Source: Eledone cirrhosa
Lineage: Eukaryota
DNA length: 64,000 nucleotides
Direction of reading: 5' to 3'
Assembly: GCA_964016885.1 (NCBI GenBank)
Contig: OZ024740.1
Span: 421,352,001-421,416,000, forward strand
The number at the start of each line of letters is the position of its first letter. Positions within the stretch are counted from its first letter, which is position 1. Positions 15,101-32,900 of the stretch are shown here, one piece after another. The position numbers were made by a program, and so were the translations under genes. The notes below the pieces were generated by a model. It was not told where the DNA came from. It saw nothing but the letters and a program-made list of their open reading frames with translations, and did not search any database.

Positions 15101-18100
15101 TCACGTGTCACAATACTACATACCTCAGCTGTCACAATAATATATATCTCACCTGTCACAATATTATATATCTCACCTGTCACAATACTATATTGCTCAC
15201 CTGTCACAATACTACATATCTCACCTGTCACAATATTACATATCTCACCTGTCACAATACTACATATCTCACCTGTCACAATATTATATATCTCACCTGT
15301 CACAATACTACATATCTCATCTGTCACAATATTATATATCTCATTTGTCACAATATTACATATCTCACTGGTCAGAATACTACATATCTCACCTGTCACA
15401 ATACTATATATCTCACCGGTCCCAATACTACATATCTCAGCTGTCACAATATTACATATCTCACCTGTCACAATATTATATATCTCATCTGTCACAATAC
15501 TATATATCTCACCTGTCACAATATTACATATCTCACCTGTCACAATACTATATATCTCCCCTGTCACAATAATATATATCTCACCTGTCACAATATTACA
15601 TATCTCAACTGTCACAATATTAAATATCTCACGTGTCACAATACTACATACCTCAGCTGTCACAATATTACATATCTCACCTGTCACAATACTACATATC
15701 TCACCTGTCACGATACTACATATCTCACATGTTACAATACTATATATCTCACCTGTAACAATACTATATATCTCACCTGTCAGAATACTATATATCTCAC
15801 CTGTCAGAATACTACATATCTCACCTGTCACAATATTACATATCTCACCTGTCACAATACTATATATCTCACCTGTCACAATACTATATATCTCACCCAT
15901 CACAATACTATATATCTCACCTGTCACAATATTACATATCTCACCTGTCACAATATTATATGTTTCATCTGTCACAATACTATACATCTCACTTGTCACA
16001 ATACTACATATCTCACCTGTCACAATATTATATATCTCATCTGTCACAATACTATATATCTCACCTGTCACAATATTACATATCTCACCTGTCACAATAC
16101 TATATATCTCCCCTGTCACAATAATATATATCTCACCTGTCACAATATTATATATCTCATCTGTCACAATACTATATATCTCACCTGTCACAATATTACA
16201 TATCTCACCTGTCACAATACTACATATCTCACCTGTCACAATGCTACATATCGCACCTGTCACAATATTACATATCTCAACTGTCACAATATTTAATATC
16301 TCACGTGTCACAATACTACATACCTCAGCTGTCACAATATTACATATCTCACCCGTCACAATACTATATATCTCACCTGTCACAATACTATATATCTCAC
16401 CTATTACAATACTATATATCTCACCTGTCACAATATTACATATCTCACTGGTCAGAATACTACATATCTCACCTGTCACAATACTATATATCTCACCTGT
16501 CACAATACTATACATCTCACCTGTTACAATACTATATATCTCACCTGTCATAATACTACATATCTCACCTGTCACAATATTACATATCTCACCTGTCACA
16601 AAACTACATATCTCAACTGTCACAATACTATATATCTCACCTGTCACAATATTACATATCTCAACTGTCACAATATTAAATATCTCACGTGTCACAATAC
16701 TACATACCTCAGCTGTCACAATATTACATATCTCACATGTCACAATACTACATATCTCACCTGTCACGATACTACATATCTCACATGTTACAATACTATA
16801 TATCTCACCTGTAACAATACTATATATCTCACCTGTCACAATACTATATATCTCACCTGTCAGAATACTACATATCTCACCTGTCACAATATTACATATC
16901 TCACCTGTCACAATACTATATATCTCACCCATCACAATACTACATATCTCAGCTGTTACAATATTACATATCTCACCTGTCACAATACTATATATCTCAC
17001 CTGTCACAATACTATATATCTCACCCATCACAATACTACATATCTCAGCTGTCACTATATTACATATCTCACCTGTCACAATACTATATATCTCACCCGT
17101 CACAATACTATATATCTCACCTGTCATAATATTACATATCTCACCTGTCACAATACTATATTGCTCACCTGTCACAATACTACATATCTCACCTGTCACA
17201 ATACTACATATATCACCTCTCACAATATTACATATCTCACCTGTCACAATACTACATATCTCACCTGTCACAATACTACATATCTCACCTGTCACAATAT
17301 TACATATCTCACCTGTCACAATACTACATATCTCACCTGTCACAATATTATATATCTCACCTGTCACAATACTACATATCTCACCTGTCACAATACTATA
17401 TATCTCACCGGTCCCAATACTACATATCTCAGCTGTCACAATATTACGTATCTCACCTGTCACAATACTATATATCTCACCCGTCACAATACCATATATC
17501 TCACCTGTCACAATATTACATATCTCACCTGTCACAATATTATATATCTCATCTGTCACAATACTATATATCTCACCTGTCACAATATTACATATCTCAC
17601 CTGTCACAATACTATATATCTCCCCTGTCACAATAATATATATCTCACCTGTCACAATATTACATATCTCAACTGTCACAATATTAAATATCTCACGTGT
17701 CACAATACTACATACCTCAGCTGTCACAATATTACATATCTCACCTGTCACAATACTAAATATCTCACCTGTCACGATACTACATATCTCACATCTTACA
17801 ATACTATATATCTCACCTGTAACAATACTATATATCTCACCTGTCACAATACTATATATCTCACCTGTCACAATACTATATATCTCACCCATCACAATAC
17901 TATATATCTCACCTGTCACAATATTACATATCTCACCTGTCACAATATTATATGTTTCATCTGTCACAATACTATACATCTCACTTGTCACAATACTACA
18001 TATCTCACATGTCACAATATTATATATCTCATCTGTCACAATACTATATATCTCACCTGTCACAATATTACATATCTCACCTGTCACAATACTACATATC

Positions 18101-19356
18101 TCACCTGTCACAATGCTACATATATCACCTGTCACAATATTACATATCTCAACTGTCACAATATTTAATATCTCACGTGTCACAATACTACATATCTCAG
18201 CTGTCACAATATTACATATCTCACCCGTCACAATACTATATATCTCACCTGTCACAATACTATATATCTCACCTATTACAATACTATATATCTCACCTGT
18301 CACAATATTATATATCTCAGCTGTCACAATATTACATATCTCACCTGTTACAATACTATATATCTCACCTGTCACTACTATTTATCTCACCTGTCACAAT
18401 ACTACATATCCCACCTGTCATAATATTACATATCTCACCTGTCACAATACTACATATCTCACCTGTCACAATACTACATATCTCACCTCTCACAATATTA
18501 CATATCTCACCTGTCACAATACTACATATCTCACCTGTCACAATATTACATATCTCACCTGTCCCAATACTACATATCTCAGCTGTCACAATATTACATA
18601 TCTCACCTGTCACAATACTATATATCTCACCCGTCACAATACTATATATCTCACCTGTCACAATATTACATATCTCACCTGTCACAATATTATATATCTC
18701 ATCTGTCACAATACTATATATCTCAGCTGTCACAATATTACATATCTCACCTGTCACAATACTATATATATCCCCTGTCACAAAAATATATATCTCACCT
18801 CTCACAATATTATATATCTCATCTGTCACAATACTATATATCTCACCTGTCACAATATTACATATCTCACCTGTCACAATACTACATATCTCACCTGTCA
18901 CAATGCTACATATCTCACCTGTCACAATATTACATATCTCATCTGTCACAATATTATATATCTCATTTGTCACAATATTACATATCTCACTGGTCAGAAT
19001 ACTACATATCTCACCAGTCACAATACTATATATCTCACCTGTCACAATACTATACATCTCACCTGTTACAATACTATATATCTCACCTGTCACAATACTA
19101 CATATCTCACCTGTCACAATATTACATATCTCACCTGTCACAAAACTACATATCTCAACTGTCACAATACTATATATCTCACCTGTCACAATATTACATA
19201 TCTCAACTGTCACAATATTAAATATCTCACGTGTCACAATACTACATACCTCAGCTGTCACAATATTACATATCTCACCTGTCACAATACTACATATCTC
19301 ACCTGTCACGATACTACATATCTCACATGTTACAATACTATATATCTCACCTGTAA

Positions 19357-21353
19357 CAATACTATATATCTCACCTGTCACAATACTACATATCTCACCT
19401 GTCACAATATTACATATCTCACCTGTCACAATACTATATATCTCACCTGTCACAATACTATATATCTCACCCATCACAATACTACATATCTCAGCTGTCA
19501 CAATATTACATATCTCACCTGTCACAATACTATATATCTCACCTGTCACAATAATATATATCTCACCCATCACAATACTACATATCTCAGCTGTCACAAT
19601 ATTACATATCTCACCTGTCACAATACTATATATCTCACCCGTCACAATACTATATATCTCACCTGTCATCATACTACATATCTCACCTGTAACAATATTA
19701 CATATCTCACCTGTCACAATACTATATTGCTCACCTGTCACAATACTACATATCTCACCTGTCACAATACTACATATCTCACCTCTCACAATATTACATA
19801 TCTCACCTGTCACAATACTACATATCTCACCTGTCACAATACTACATATCTCACCTGTCACAATACTACATATCTCACCTGTCACGATATTATATATCTC
19901 ACCTGTCACAATATTACATATCTCAACTGTCACAATATTAAATATCTCACGTGTCACAATACTACATACCTCAGCTGTCACAATATTACATATCTCACCT
20001 GTCACAATACTACATATCTCACCTGTCACGATACTACATATCTCACATGTTACAATACTATATATCTCACCTGTCACAATACTATATATCTCACCTGTCA
20101 GAATACTACATATCTCACCTGTCACAATATTACATATCTCACCTGTCACAATACTATATATCTCACCTGTCACAATACTATATATCTCACCCATCACAAT
20201 ACTATATATCTCACCTGTCACAATATTACATATCTCACCTGTCACAATATTATATATTTCATCTGTCACAATACTATACATCTAACTTGTCACAATACTA
20301 CATATCTCACCTGTCACAATATTATATATCTCATCTGTCACAATACTATATATCTCACCTGTCACAATACTACATATCTCACCTGTCACAATATTACATA
20401 TCTCACCTGTCACAATACTATATATCTCACCTGTCACAATACTATATATCTCACCCATCACAATACTACATATCTCAGCTGTCACAATATTACATATCTC
20501 ACCTGTCACAATACTATATATCTCACCTGTCACAATAATATATATCTCACCCATCACAATACTACATATCTCAGCTGTCACAATATTACATATCTCACCT
20601 GTCACAATACTATATATATCACCCGTCACAATACTATATATCTCACCTGTCATCATACTACATATCTCACCTGTCACAATATTACATATCTCACCTGTCA
20701 CAATACTATATTGCTCACCTGTCACAATACTACATATCTCACCTGTCACAATACTACATATCTCACCTCTCACAATATTACATATCTCACCTGTCACAAT
20801 ACTACATATCTCACCTGTCACAATACTACATATCTCACCTGTCACAATACTACATATCTCACCTGTCACAATATTATATATCTCACCTGTCACAATATTA
20901 CATATCTCAACTGTCACAATATTAAATATCTCACGTGTCACAATACTACATACCTCAGCTGTCACAATATTACATATCTCACCTGTCACAATACTACATA
21001 TCTCACCTGTCACGATACTACATATCTCACATGTTACAATACTATATATCTCACCTGTCACAATACTATATATCTCACCTGTCAGAATACTACATATCTC
21101 ACCTGTCACAATATTACATATCTCACCTGTCACAATACTATATATCTCACCTGTCACAATACTATATATCTCACCCATCACAATACTATATATCTCACCT
21201 GTCACAATATTACATATCTCACCTGTCACAATATTATATATTTCATCTGTCACAATACTATACATCTAACTTGTCACAATACTACATATCTCACCTGTCA
21301 CAATATTATATATCTCATCTGTCACAATACTATATATCTCACCTGTCACAATA
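19357..21353. repeat. 984-bp tandem duplication (second macro-unit)
   Basis: ORF ends 20282/21266 and starts 19951/20935. Confidence 0.9.
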
Positions 21354-21359
21354 TTACAT

Positions 21360-23950
21360 ATCTCACCTGTCACAATACTATATATCTCCCCTGTCACAAT
21401 AATATATATCTCACCTGTCACAATATTATATATCTCATCTGTCACAATACTATATATCTCACCTGTCACAATATTACATATCTCACCTGTCACAATACTA
21501 CATATCTCACCTGTCACAATGCTACATATCTCACCTGTCACAATATTACATATCTCAACTGTCACAATATTTAATATCTCACGTGTCACAATACTACATA
21601 CCTCAGCTGTCACAATATTACATATCTCACTTGTCACAATACTACATATCTCACCTGTCACAATACTACATATCTCACATGTTACAATACTATATATCTC
21701 TCCTGTCACAATACTACATATCTCACATGTTACAATACTATATATCTCACCTGTAACAATACTATATATCTCACCTGTCACAATACTATATATCTCACCT
21801 GTCACAATATTACATATCTCACCTGTCACAATATTATATATTTCATCTGTCACAATACTATACATCTCACTTGTCACAATACTACATATCTCACCTGTCA
21901 CAATATTACATATCTCACCTGTCACAATACTACATATCTCACCTCTCACAATATTACATATCTCACCTGTCACAATACTACATATCTCAGCTGTCACAAT
22001 ATTACATATCTCACCTGTCACACTATTACATATCTCACCCGTCACAATACTATATATCTCACCTGTCACAATACTATATATCTCACCTGTTACAATACTA
22101 TATATCTCACCTGTCACAATATTATATATCTCACATGTCACAATACTACATATCTCAGCTGTCACAATATTACATATCTCACCTGTTACAATACTATATA
22201 TCTCACCTGTCACTACTATTTATCTCACCTGTCACAATACTACATATCTCACCTGTCATAATATTACATATCTCACCTGTCACAATACTACATATCTCAC
22301 CTGTCATAATATTACATATCTCACCTGTCACAATGTTACATATCTCACCTGTCACAATACTATATTGCTCACCTGTCACAATACTACATATCTCACCTGT
22401 CACAATATTACATATCTCACCTGTCACAATACTACATATCTCAACTCTCACAATATTACATATCTCACCTGTCAAAATACTACATATCTCACATGTCACA
22501 ATACTACATATCTCACCTGTCACAATATTAGATATCTCACCTGTCACAATACTACATATCTCACCTGTCACAATACTACATATCTCACCTGTCACAATAC
22601 TATATATCTCACCGGTCCCAATACTACATATCTCACCTCTCACAATATTACATATCTCACCTGTCACAATACTATATATCTCCCCTGTCACAATAATATA
22701 TATCTCACCTGTCACAATATTATATATCTCATCTGTCACAATACTATATATCTCACCTGTCACAATATTACATATCTCACCTGTCACAATACTACATATC
22801 TCACCTGTCACAATGCTACATATCTCACCTGTCACAATATTACATATCTCAACTGTCACAATATTTAATATCTCACGTGTCACAATACTACATACCTCAG
22901 CTGTCACAATATTACATATCTCACCTGTCACAATACTACATATCTCACATGTTACAATACTATATATCTCTCCTGTCACAATACTACATATCTCACATGT
23001 TACAATACTATATATCTCACCTGTAACAATACTATATATCTCACCTGTCACAATACTATATATCTCACCTGTCACAATATTACATATCTCACCTGTCACA
23101 ATATTATATATTTCATCTGTCACAATACTATACATCTCACTTTTCACAATACTACATATCTCACCTGTCACAATATTACATATCTCACCTGTCACAATAC
23201 TACATATCTCACCTCTCACAATATTACATATCTCACCTGTCACAATACTACATATCTCAGCTGTCACAATATTACATATCTCACCTGTCACACTATTACA
23301 TATCTCACCTGTCACAATACTATATATCTCACCTGTCACAATACTATATATCTCACCTGTTACAATACTATATATCTCACCTGTCACAATATTATATATC
23401 TCACATGTCACAATACTACATATCTCAGCTGTCACAATATTACATATCTCACCTGTTACAATACTATATATCTCACCTGTCACTACTATTTATCTCACCT
23501 GTCACAATACTACATATCTCACCTGTCATAATATTACATATCTCACCTGTCACAATACTACATATCTCACCTGTCATAATATTACATATCTCACCTGTCA
23601 CAATGTTACATATCTCACCTGTCACAATACTATATTGCTCACCTGTCACAATACTACATATCTCACCTGTCACAATATTACATATCTCACCTGTCACAAT
23701 ACTACATATCTCAACTCTCACAATATTACATATCTCACCTGTCAAAATACTACATATCTCACATGTCACAATACTACATATCTCACCTGTCACAATATTA
23801 GATATCTCACCTGTCACAATACTACATATCTCACCTGTCACAATACTACATATCTCACCTGTCACAATACTATATATCTCACCGGTCCCAATACTACATA
23901 TCTCACCTCTCACAATATTACATATCTCACCTGTCACAATACTATATATC
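21360..23950. repeat. ~1270-bp tandem duplication (second macro-unit)
   Basis: 22-bp monomer at 22207 and 23477. Confidence 0.9.
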
Positions 23951-26900
23951 TCACCTGTCACAATACTATATATCTCACCTGTCACAATATTACATATCTC
24001 ACCTGTCACAATATTATATATCTCATCTGTCACAATACTATATATCTCACCTGTCACAATATTACATATCTCACCTGTACCAATACTATATATCTCACCT
24101 GTCACAATACTATATATCTCCCCTGTCACAATAATATATATCTCACCTGTTACAATACTACATATCTAACTTGTCACAATACTATATATCTCGCCTGTCA
24201 CAATACTATATATCTCACATGTCACAATTCTATATAAGTCACCTGTTACAATACTACATATCTCACCTCTCACAATATTACATATCTCACCTGTCACAAT
24301 ACTACATATCTCACCTGTCACAATACTACATATCTCAGCTGCCACAATATTACATATCTCACCTGTCACACTATTACATATCTCACCCGTCACAATACTA
24401 TATATCTCACCTGTCACAATACTATATATCTCACCTGTTACAATACTATATATCTCACCTGTCACAATATTATATATCTCACATGTCACAATACTACATA
24501 TCTCACCTGTCACAATACTACATATCTCACCTGTCACAATACTATATATCTCACTTGTCACAACATTATATATCTCACCTGTCACAATACTACATATCTT
24601 ACCTCTCACAATACTATATCTCACCAGTCACAATACTATATATCTCACCTGTCACAATACTATATATCTCAACTGTCACAATACTATATATCTCACCTGT
24701 CACAATACTATATATCTCACCTGTCACAACATTATATATCTCACCTGTCACAATATTACATATCTCACCTGTCTCAATACTATATATCTCACCTGTCACA
24801 ATACTACATGTCTCACCTGTCACAATACTATATATCTCACCTGTCACAACATTATATATCTCACCTGTCACAATACTATATATCTGACCTGTCACAATAC
24901 TACACACCTCACCTGTCACAATATTACATATCTCACCTGTGACAATATTACACATCTCACCTGTGACAATATTACATATCTCACCTGTCACAATATTACA
25001 GATCTCATCTGTCACAATACTACATACCTCATTTGTCACAATACTCCATCTCTCACCTGTCACAATACTACATATCTCACCTGTCACAATATTATATATC
25101 TCACCTGACATAATACTACATATCTCACCTGTCACAATACTACATATCTCACCTGTCACAACACTATATATCTCACCGGTCCCAATACTACATATCTCAC
25201 CTGTCACAATATTACATATCTCACCTGTCACAATATTACATATCTCACCTGTCACAATACTACATATCTCACCTGTTACAATACTATATATCTCACCTGT
25301 AACAATACTATATATCTCACCTGTTACAATACTACTATCTCACCTGTCACAATACTACATATCTCACCTGTCACAATATTATATATCTCACCTGTCACAA
25401 TACTATATATCTCACCTGTCACAATACTATATATCTCACCTGTGACAATACTATATATCTCACCTGTCACAATATTATATATCTCACCTGTCACAATACT
25501 ATATATCTCACCTGTCACAATACTATATATCTCACCCATCACAATACTACATATCTCAGCTGTCACAATATTACATATCTCACCTGTCACAATACTATAT
25601 ATCTCACCTGTCACAATACTATATATCTCACCCATCACAATACTACATATCTCAGCTGTCACAATATTACATATCTCACCTGTCACAATACTATATATCT
25701 CACCCGTCACAATACTATATATCTCACCTGTCATCATACTACATATCTCACCTGTCACAATATTACATATCTCACCTGTCACAATACTATATTGCTCACC
25801 TGTCACAATACTACATATCTCACCTGTCACAATACTACATATCTCACCTCTCACAATATTACATATCTCACCTGTCACAATACTACATATCTCACCTGTC
25901 ACAATACTACATATCTCACCTGTCACAATATTACATATCTCACCTGTCACAATACTACATATCTCACCTGTCACAATATTATATATCTCAACAGTCACAA
26001 TATTACATATCTCACCTGTCACAATACTATATATCTCACCCGTCACAATACTATATATCTCACCTGTCATCATACTACATATCTCACCTGTCACAATATT
26101 ACATATCTCACCTGTCACAATACTATATATCTCACCCGTCACAATACTATATATCTCACCTGTCACAATATTACATATCTCACCTGTCACAATATTATAT
26201 ATCTCATCTGTCACAATACTATATATCTCACCTGTCACAATATTACATATCTCACCTGTCACAATACTATATATCTCCCCTGTCACAATAATATATATCT
26301 CACCTGTCACAATATTACATATCTCAACTGTCACAATATTAAATATCTCACGTGTCACAATACTACATACCTCAGCTGTCACAATATTACATATCTCACC
26401 TGTCACGATACTACATATCTCACATGTTACAATACTATATATCTCACCTGTAACAATACTATATATCTCACCTGTCACAATACTATATATCTCACCTGTC
26501 AGAATACTACATATCTCACCTGTCACAATATTACATATCTCACCTGTCACAATACTATATATCTCACCTGTCACAATACTATATATCTCACCCATCACAA
26601 TACTATATATCTCACCTGTCACAATATTACATATCTCACCTGTCACAATATTATATGTTTCATCTGTCACAATACTATACATCTCACTTGTCACAATACT
26701 ACATATCTCACCTGTCACAATATTATATATCTCATCTGTCACAATACTATATATCTCACCTGTCACAATATTACATATCTCACCTGTCACAATACTATAT
26801 ATCTCCCCTGTCACAATAATATATATCTCACCTGTCACAATATTATATATCTCATCTGTCACAATACTATATATCTCACCTGTCACAATATTACATATCT

Positions 26901-29900
26901 CACCTGTCACAATACTACATATCTCACCTGTCACAATGCTACATATCTCACCTGTCACAATATTACATATCTCAACTGTCACAATATTTAATATCTCACG
27001 TGTCACAATACTACATACCTCAGCTGTCACAATATTACATATCTCACCCGTCACAATACTATATATCTCACCTGTCACAATACTATATATCTCACCTATT
27101 ACAATACTATATATCTCACCTGTCACAATATTATATATCTCAGCTGTCACAATATTACATATCTCACCTGTTACAATACTATATATCTCACCTGTCACTA
27201 CTATTTATCTCACCTGTCACAATACTACATATCTCACCTGTCATAATATTACATATCTCACCTGTCACAATACTACATATCTCACCTGTCATAATATTAC
27301 ATATCTCACCTGTCACAATATTACATATCTCACCTGTCACAATACTATATTGCTCACCTGTCACAATCCTACATATCTCACCTGTCACAATACTACATAT
27401 CTCACCTCTCACAATATTACATATCTCACCTGTCACAATACTACATATCTCACCTGTCACAATATTACATATCTCACCTGTCACAATACTACATATCTCA
27501 CCTGTCACAATATTATATATCTCACCTGTCACAATACTACATATCTCACCTGTCACAATATTATATATCTCACCCGTCACAATACTATATATCTCACCTG
27601 TCACAATACTATATATCTCACCTGTTACAATACTATATATCTCACCTGTCACAATATTATATATCTCACATGTCACAATACTACATATCTCACCTGTCAC
27701 AATACTACATATCTCACCTGTCACAATACTATATATCTCACTTGTCACAACATTATATATCTCACCTGTCACAATACTACATATCTTACCTCTCACAATA
27801 CTATATCTCACCAGTCACAATACTATATATCTCACCTGTCACAATACTATATATCTCACCTGTCACAACATTATATATCTCACCTGTCACAATATTACAT
27901 ATCTCAACTGTCTCAATACTATATATCTCACCTGTCACAATACTACATGTCTCACCTGTCACAATACTATATATCTCACCTGTCACAACATTATATATCT
28001 CACCTGTCACAATACTATATATCTGACCTGTCACAATACTACACACCTCACCTGTCACAATATTACATATCTCACCTGTGACAATATTACACATCTCACC
28101 TGTGACAATATTACATATCTCACCTGTCACAATATTACAGATCTCATCTGTCACAATACTACATACCTCATTTGTCACAATACTCCATCTCTCACCTGTC
28201 ACAATACTACATATCTCACCTGTCACAATATTATATATCTCACCTGACATAATACTACATATCTCACCTGTCACAATACTACATATCTCACCTGTCACAA
28301 CACTATATATCTCACCGGTCCCAATACTACATATCTCACCTGTCACAATATTACATATCTCACCTGTCACAATATTACATATCTCACCTGTCAGAATACT
28401 ACATATCTCACCTGTTACAATACTATATATCTCACCTGTAACAATACTATATATCTCACCTGTTACAATACTACTATCTCACCTGTCACAATACTACATA
28501 TCTCACCTGTCACAATATTATATATCTCACCTGTCACAATACTATATATCTCACCTGTCACAATACTATATATCTCACCTGTGACAATACTATATATCTC
28601 ACCTGTCACAATATTATATATCTCACCTGTCACAATACTATATATCTCACCTGTCACAATACTATATATCTCACCCATCACAATACTACATATCTCAGCT
28701 GTCACAATATTACATATCTCACCTGTCACAATACTATATATCTCACCTGTCACAATACTATATATCTCACCCATCACAATACTACATATCTCAGCTGTCA
28801 CAATATTACATATCTCACCTGTCACAATACTATATATCTCACCCGTCACAATACTATATATCTCACCTGTCATCATACTACATATCTCACCTGTCACAAT
28901 ATTACATATCTCACCTGTCACAATACTATATTGCTCACCTGTCACAATACTACATATCTCACATGTCACAATACTACATATCTCACCTCTCACAATATTA
29001 CATATCTCACCTGTCACAATACTACATATCTCACCTGTCACAATACTACATATCTCACCTGTCACAATATTACATATCTCACCTATCACAATACTACATA
29101 TCTCACCTGTCACAATATTATATATCTCAACAGTCACAATACTACATATCTCACCTTTCACAATACTATATATCTCAACGGTCCCAATACTACATATCTC
29201 AGCTGTCACAATATTACATATCTCACCTGTCACAATACTATATATCTCACCCGTCACAATACTATATATCTCACCTGTCACAATATTACATATCTCACCT
29301 GTCACAATATTATATATCTCATCTGTCACAATACTATATATCTCACCTGTCACAATATTACATATCTCACCTGTCACAATACTATATATCTCCCCTGTCA
29401 CAATAATATATATCTCACCTGTCACAATATTACATATCTCAACTGTCACAATATTAAATATCTCACGTGTCACAATACTACATACCTCAGCTGTCACAAT
29501 ATTACATATCTCACCTGTCACGATACTACATATCTCACATGTTACAATACTATATATCTCACCTGTAACAATACTATATATCTCACCTGTCACAATACTA
29601 TATATCTCACCTGTCAGAATACTACATATCTCACCTGTCACAATATTACATATCTCACCTGTCACAATACTATATATCTCACCTGTCACAATACTATATA
29701 TCTCACCCATCACAATACTATATATCTCACCTGTCACGATATTACATATCTCACCTGTCACAATATATGTTTCATCTGTCACAATACTATACATCTCACT
29801 TGTCACAATACTACATATCTCACCTGTCACAATATTATATATCTCATCTGTCACAATACTATATATCTCACCTGTCACAATATTACATATCTCACCTGTC

Positions 29901-32900
29901 ACAATACTATATATCTCCCCTGTCACAATAATATATATCTCACCTGTCACAATATTATATATCTCATCTGTCACAATACTATATATCTCACCTGTCACAA
30001 TATTACATATCTCACCTGTCACAATACTACATATCTCACCTGTCACAATGCTACATATCGCACCTGTCACAATATTACATATCTCAACTGTCACAATATT
30101 TAATATCTCACGTGTCACAATACTACATACCTCAGCTGTCACAATAATATATATCTCACCTGTCACAATATTATATATCTCACCTGTCACAATACTATAT
30201 TGCTCACCTGTCACAATACTACATATCTCACCTGTCACAATATTACATATCTCACCTGTCACAATACTACATATCTCACCTGTCACAATATTATATATCT
30301 CACCTGTCACAATACTACATATCTCATCTGTCACAATATTATATATCTCATTTGTCACAATATTACATATCTCACTGGTCAGAATACTACATATCTCACC
30401 TGTCACAATACTATATATCTCACCGGTCCCAATACTACATATCTCAGCTGTCACAATATTACATATCTCACCTGTCACAATATTATATATCTCATCTGTC
30501 ACAATACTATATATCTCACCTGTCACAATATTACATATCTCACCTGTCACAATACTATATATCTCCCCTGTCACAATAATATATATCTCACCTGTCACAA
30601 TATTACATATCTCAACTGTCACAATATTAAATATCTCACGTGTCACAATACTACATACCTCAGCTGTCACAATATTACATATCTCACCTGTCACAATACT
30701 ACATATCTCACCTGTCACGATACTACATATCTCACATGTTACAATACTATATATCTCACCTGTAACAATACTATATATCTCACCTGTCAGAATACTATAT
30801 ATCTCACCTGTCAGAATACTACATATCTCACCTGTCACAATATTACATATCTCACCTGTCACAATACTATATATCTCACCTGTCACAATACTATATATCT
30901 CACCCATCACAATACTATATATCTCACCTGTCACAATATTACATATCTCACCTGTCACAATATTATATGTTTCATCTGTCACAATACTATACATCTCACT
31001 TGTCACAATACTACATATCTCACCTGTCACAATATTATATATCTCATCTGTCACAATACTATATATCTCACCTGTCACAATATTACATATCTCACCTGTC
31101 ACAATACTATATATCTCCCCTGTCACAATAATATATATCTCACCTGTCACAATATTATATATCTCATCTGTCACAATACTATATATCTCACCTGTCACAA
31201 TATTACATATCTCACCTGTCACAATACTACATATCTCACCTGTCACAATGCTACATATCGCACCTGTCACAATATTACATATCTCAACTGTCACAATATT
31301 TAATATCTCACGTGTCACAATACTACATACCTCAGCTGTCACAATATTACATATCTCACCCGTCACAATACTATATATCTCACCTGTCACAATACTATAT
31401 ATCTCACCTATTACAATACTATATATCTCACCTGTCACAATATTACATATCTCACTGGTCAGAATACTACATATCTCACCTGTCACAATACTATATATCT
31501 CACCTGTCACAATACTATACATCTCACCTGTTACAATACTATATATCTCACCTGTCATAATACTACATATCTCACCTGTCACAATATTACATATCTCACC
31601 TGTCACAAAACTACATATCTCAACTGTCACAATACTATATATCTCACCTGTCACAATATTACATATCTCAACTGTCACAATATTAAATATCTCACGTGTC
31701 ACAATACTACATACCTCAGCTGTCACAATATTACATATCTCACATGTCACAATACTACATATCTCACCTGTCACGATACTACATATCTCACATGTTACAA
31801 TACTATATATCTCACCTGTAACAATACTATATATCTCACCTGTCACAATACTATATATCTCACCTGTCAGAATACTACATATCTCACCTGTCACAATATT
31901 ACATATCTCACCTGTCACAATACTATATATCTCACCCATCACAATACTACATATCTCAGCTGTTACAATATTACATATCTCACCTGTCACAATACTATAT
32001 ATCTCACCTGTCACAATACTATATATCTCACCCATCACAATACTACATATCTCAGCTGTCACAATATTACATATCTCACCTGTCACAATACTATATATCT
32101 CACCCGTCACAATACTATATATCTCACCTGTCATAATATTACATATCTCACCTGTCACAATACTATATTGCTCACCTGTCACAATACTACATATCTCACC
32201 TGTCACAATACTACATATATCACCTCTCACAATATTACATATCTCACCTGTCACAATACTACATATCTCACCTGTCACAATACTACATATCTCACCTGTC
32301 ACAATATTACATATCTCACCTGTCACAATACTACATATCTCACCTGTCACAATATTATATATCTCACCTGTCACAATACTACATATCTCACCTGTCACAA
32401 TACTATATATCTCACCGGTCCCAATACTACATATCTCAGCTGTCACAATATTACGTATCTCACCTGTCACAATACTATATATCTCACCCGTCACAATACC
32501 ATATATCTCACCTGTCACAATATTACATATCTCACCTGTCACAATATTATATATCTCATCTGTCACAATACTATATATCTCACCTGTCACAATATTACAT
32601 ATCTCACCTGTCACAATACTATATATCTCCCCTGTCACAATAATATATATCTCACCTGTCACAATATTACATATCTCAACTGTCACAATATTAAATATCT
32701 CACGTGTCACAATACTACATACCTCAGCTGTCACAATATTACATATCTCACCTGTCACAATACTAAATATCTCACCTGTCACGATACTACATATCTCACA
32801 TCTTACAATACTATATATCTCACCTGTAACAATACTATATATCTCACCTGTCACAATACTATATATCTCACCTGTCACAATACTATATATCTCACCCATC

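Larger units (their letters stand above)
12564..27570. repeat. Copy 1 (15,007 bp) of a near-identical ~15-kb tandem duplication within the satellite
   Basis: Rare variants and ORF ends recur at +15007 (13574/28581, 13924/28931, 21-bp monomer 14748/29755) and then at +15127 (18365/33492, 21871/36998, 25442/40569, 27188/42315). Confidence 0.93.
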
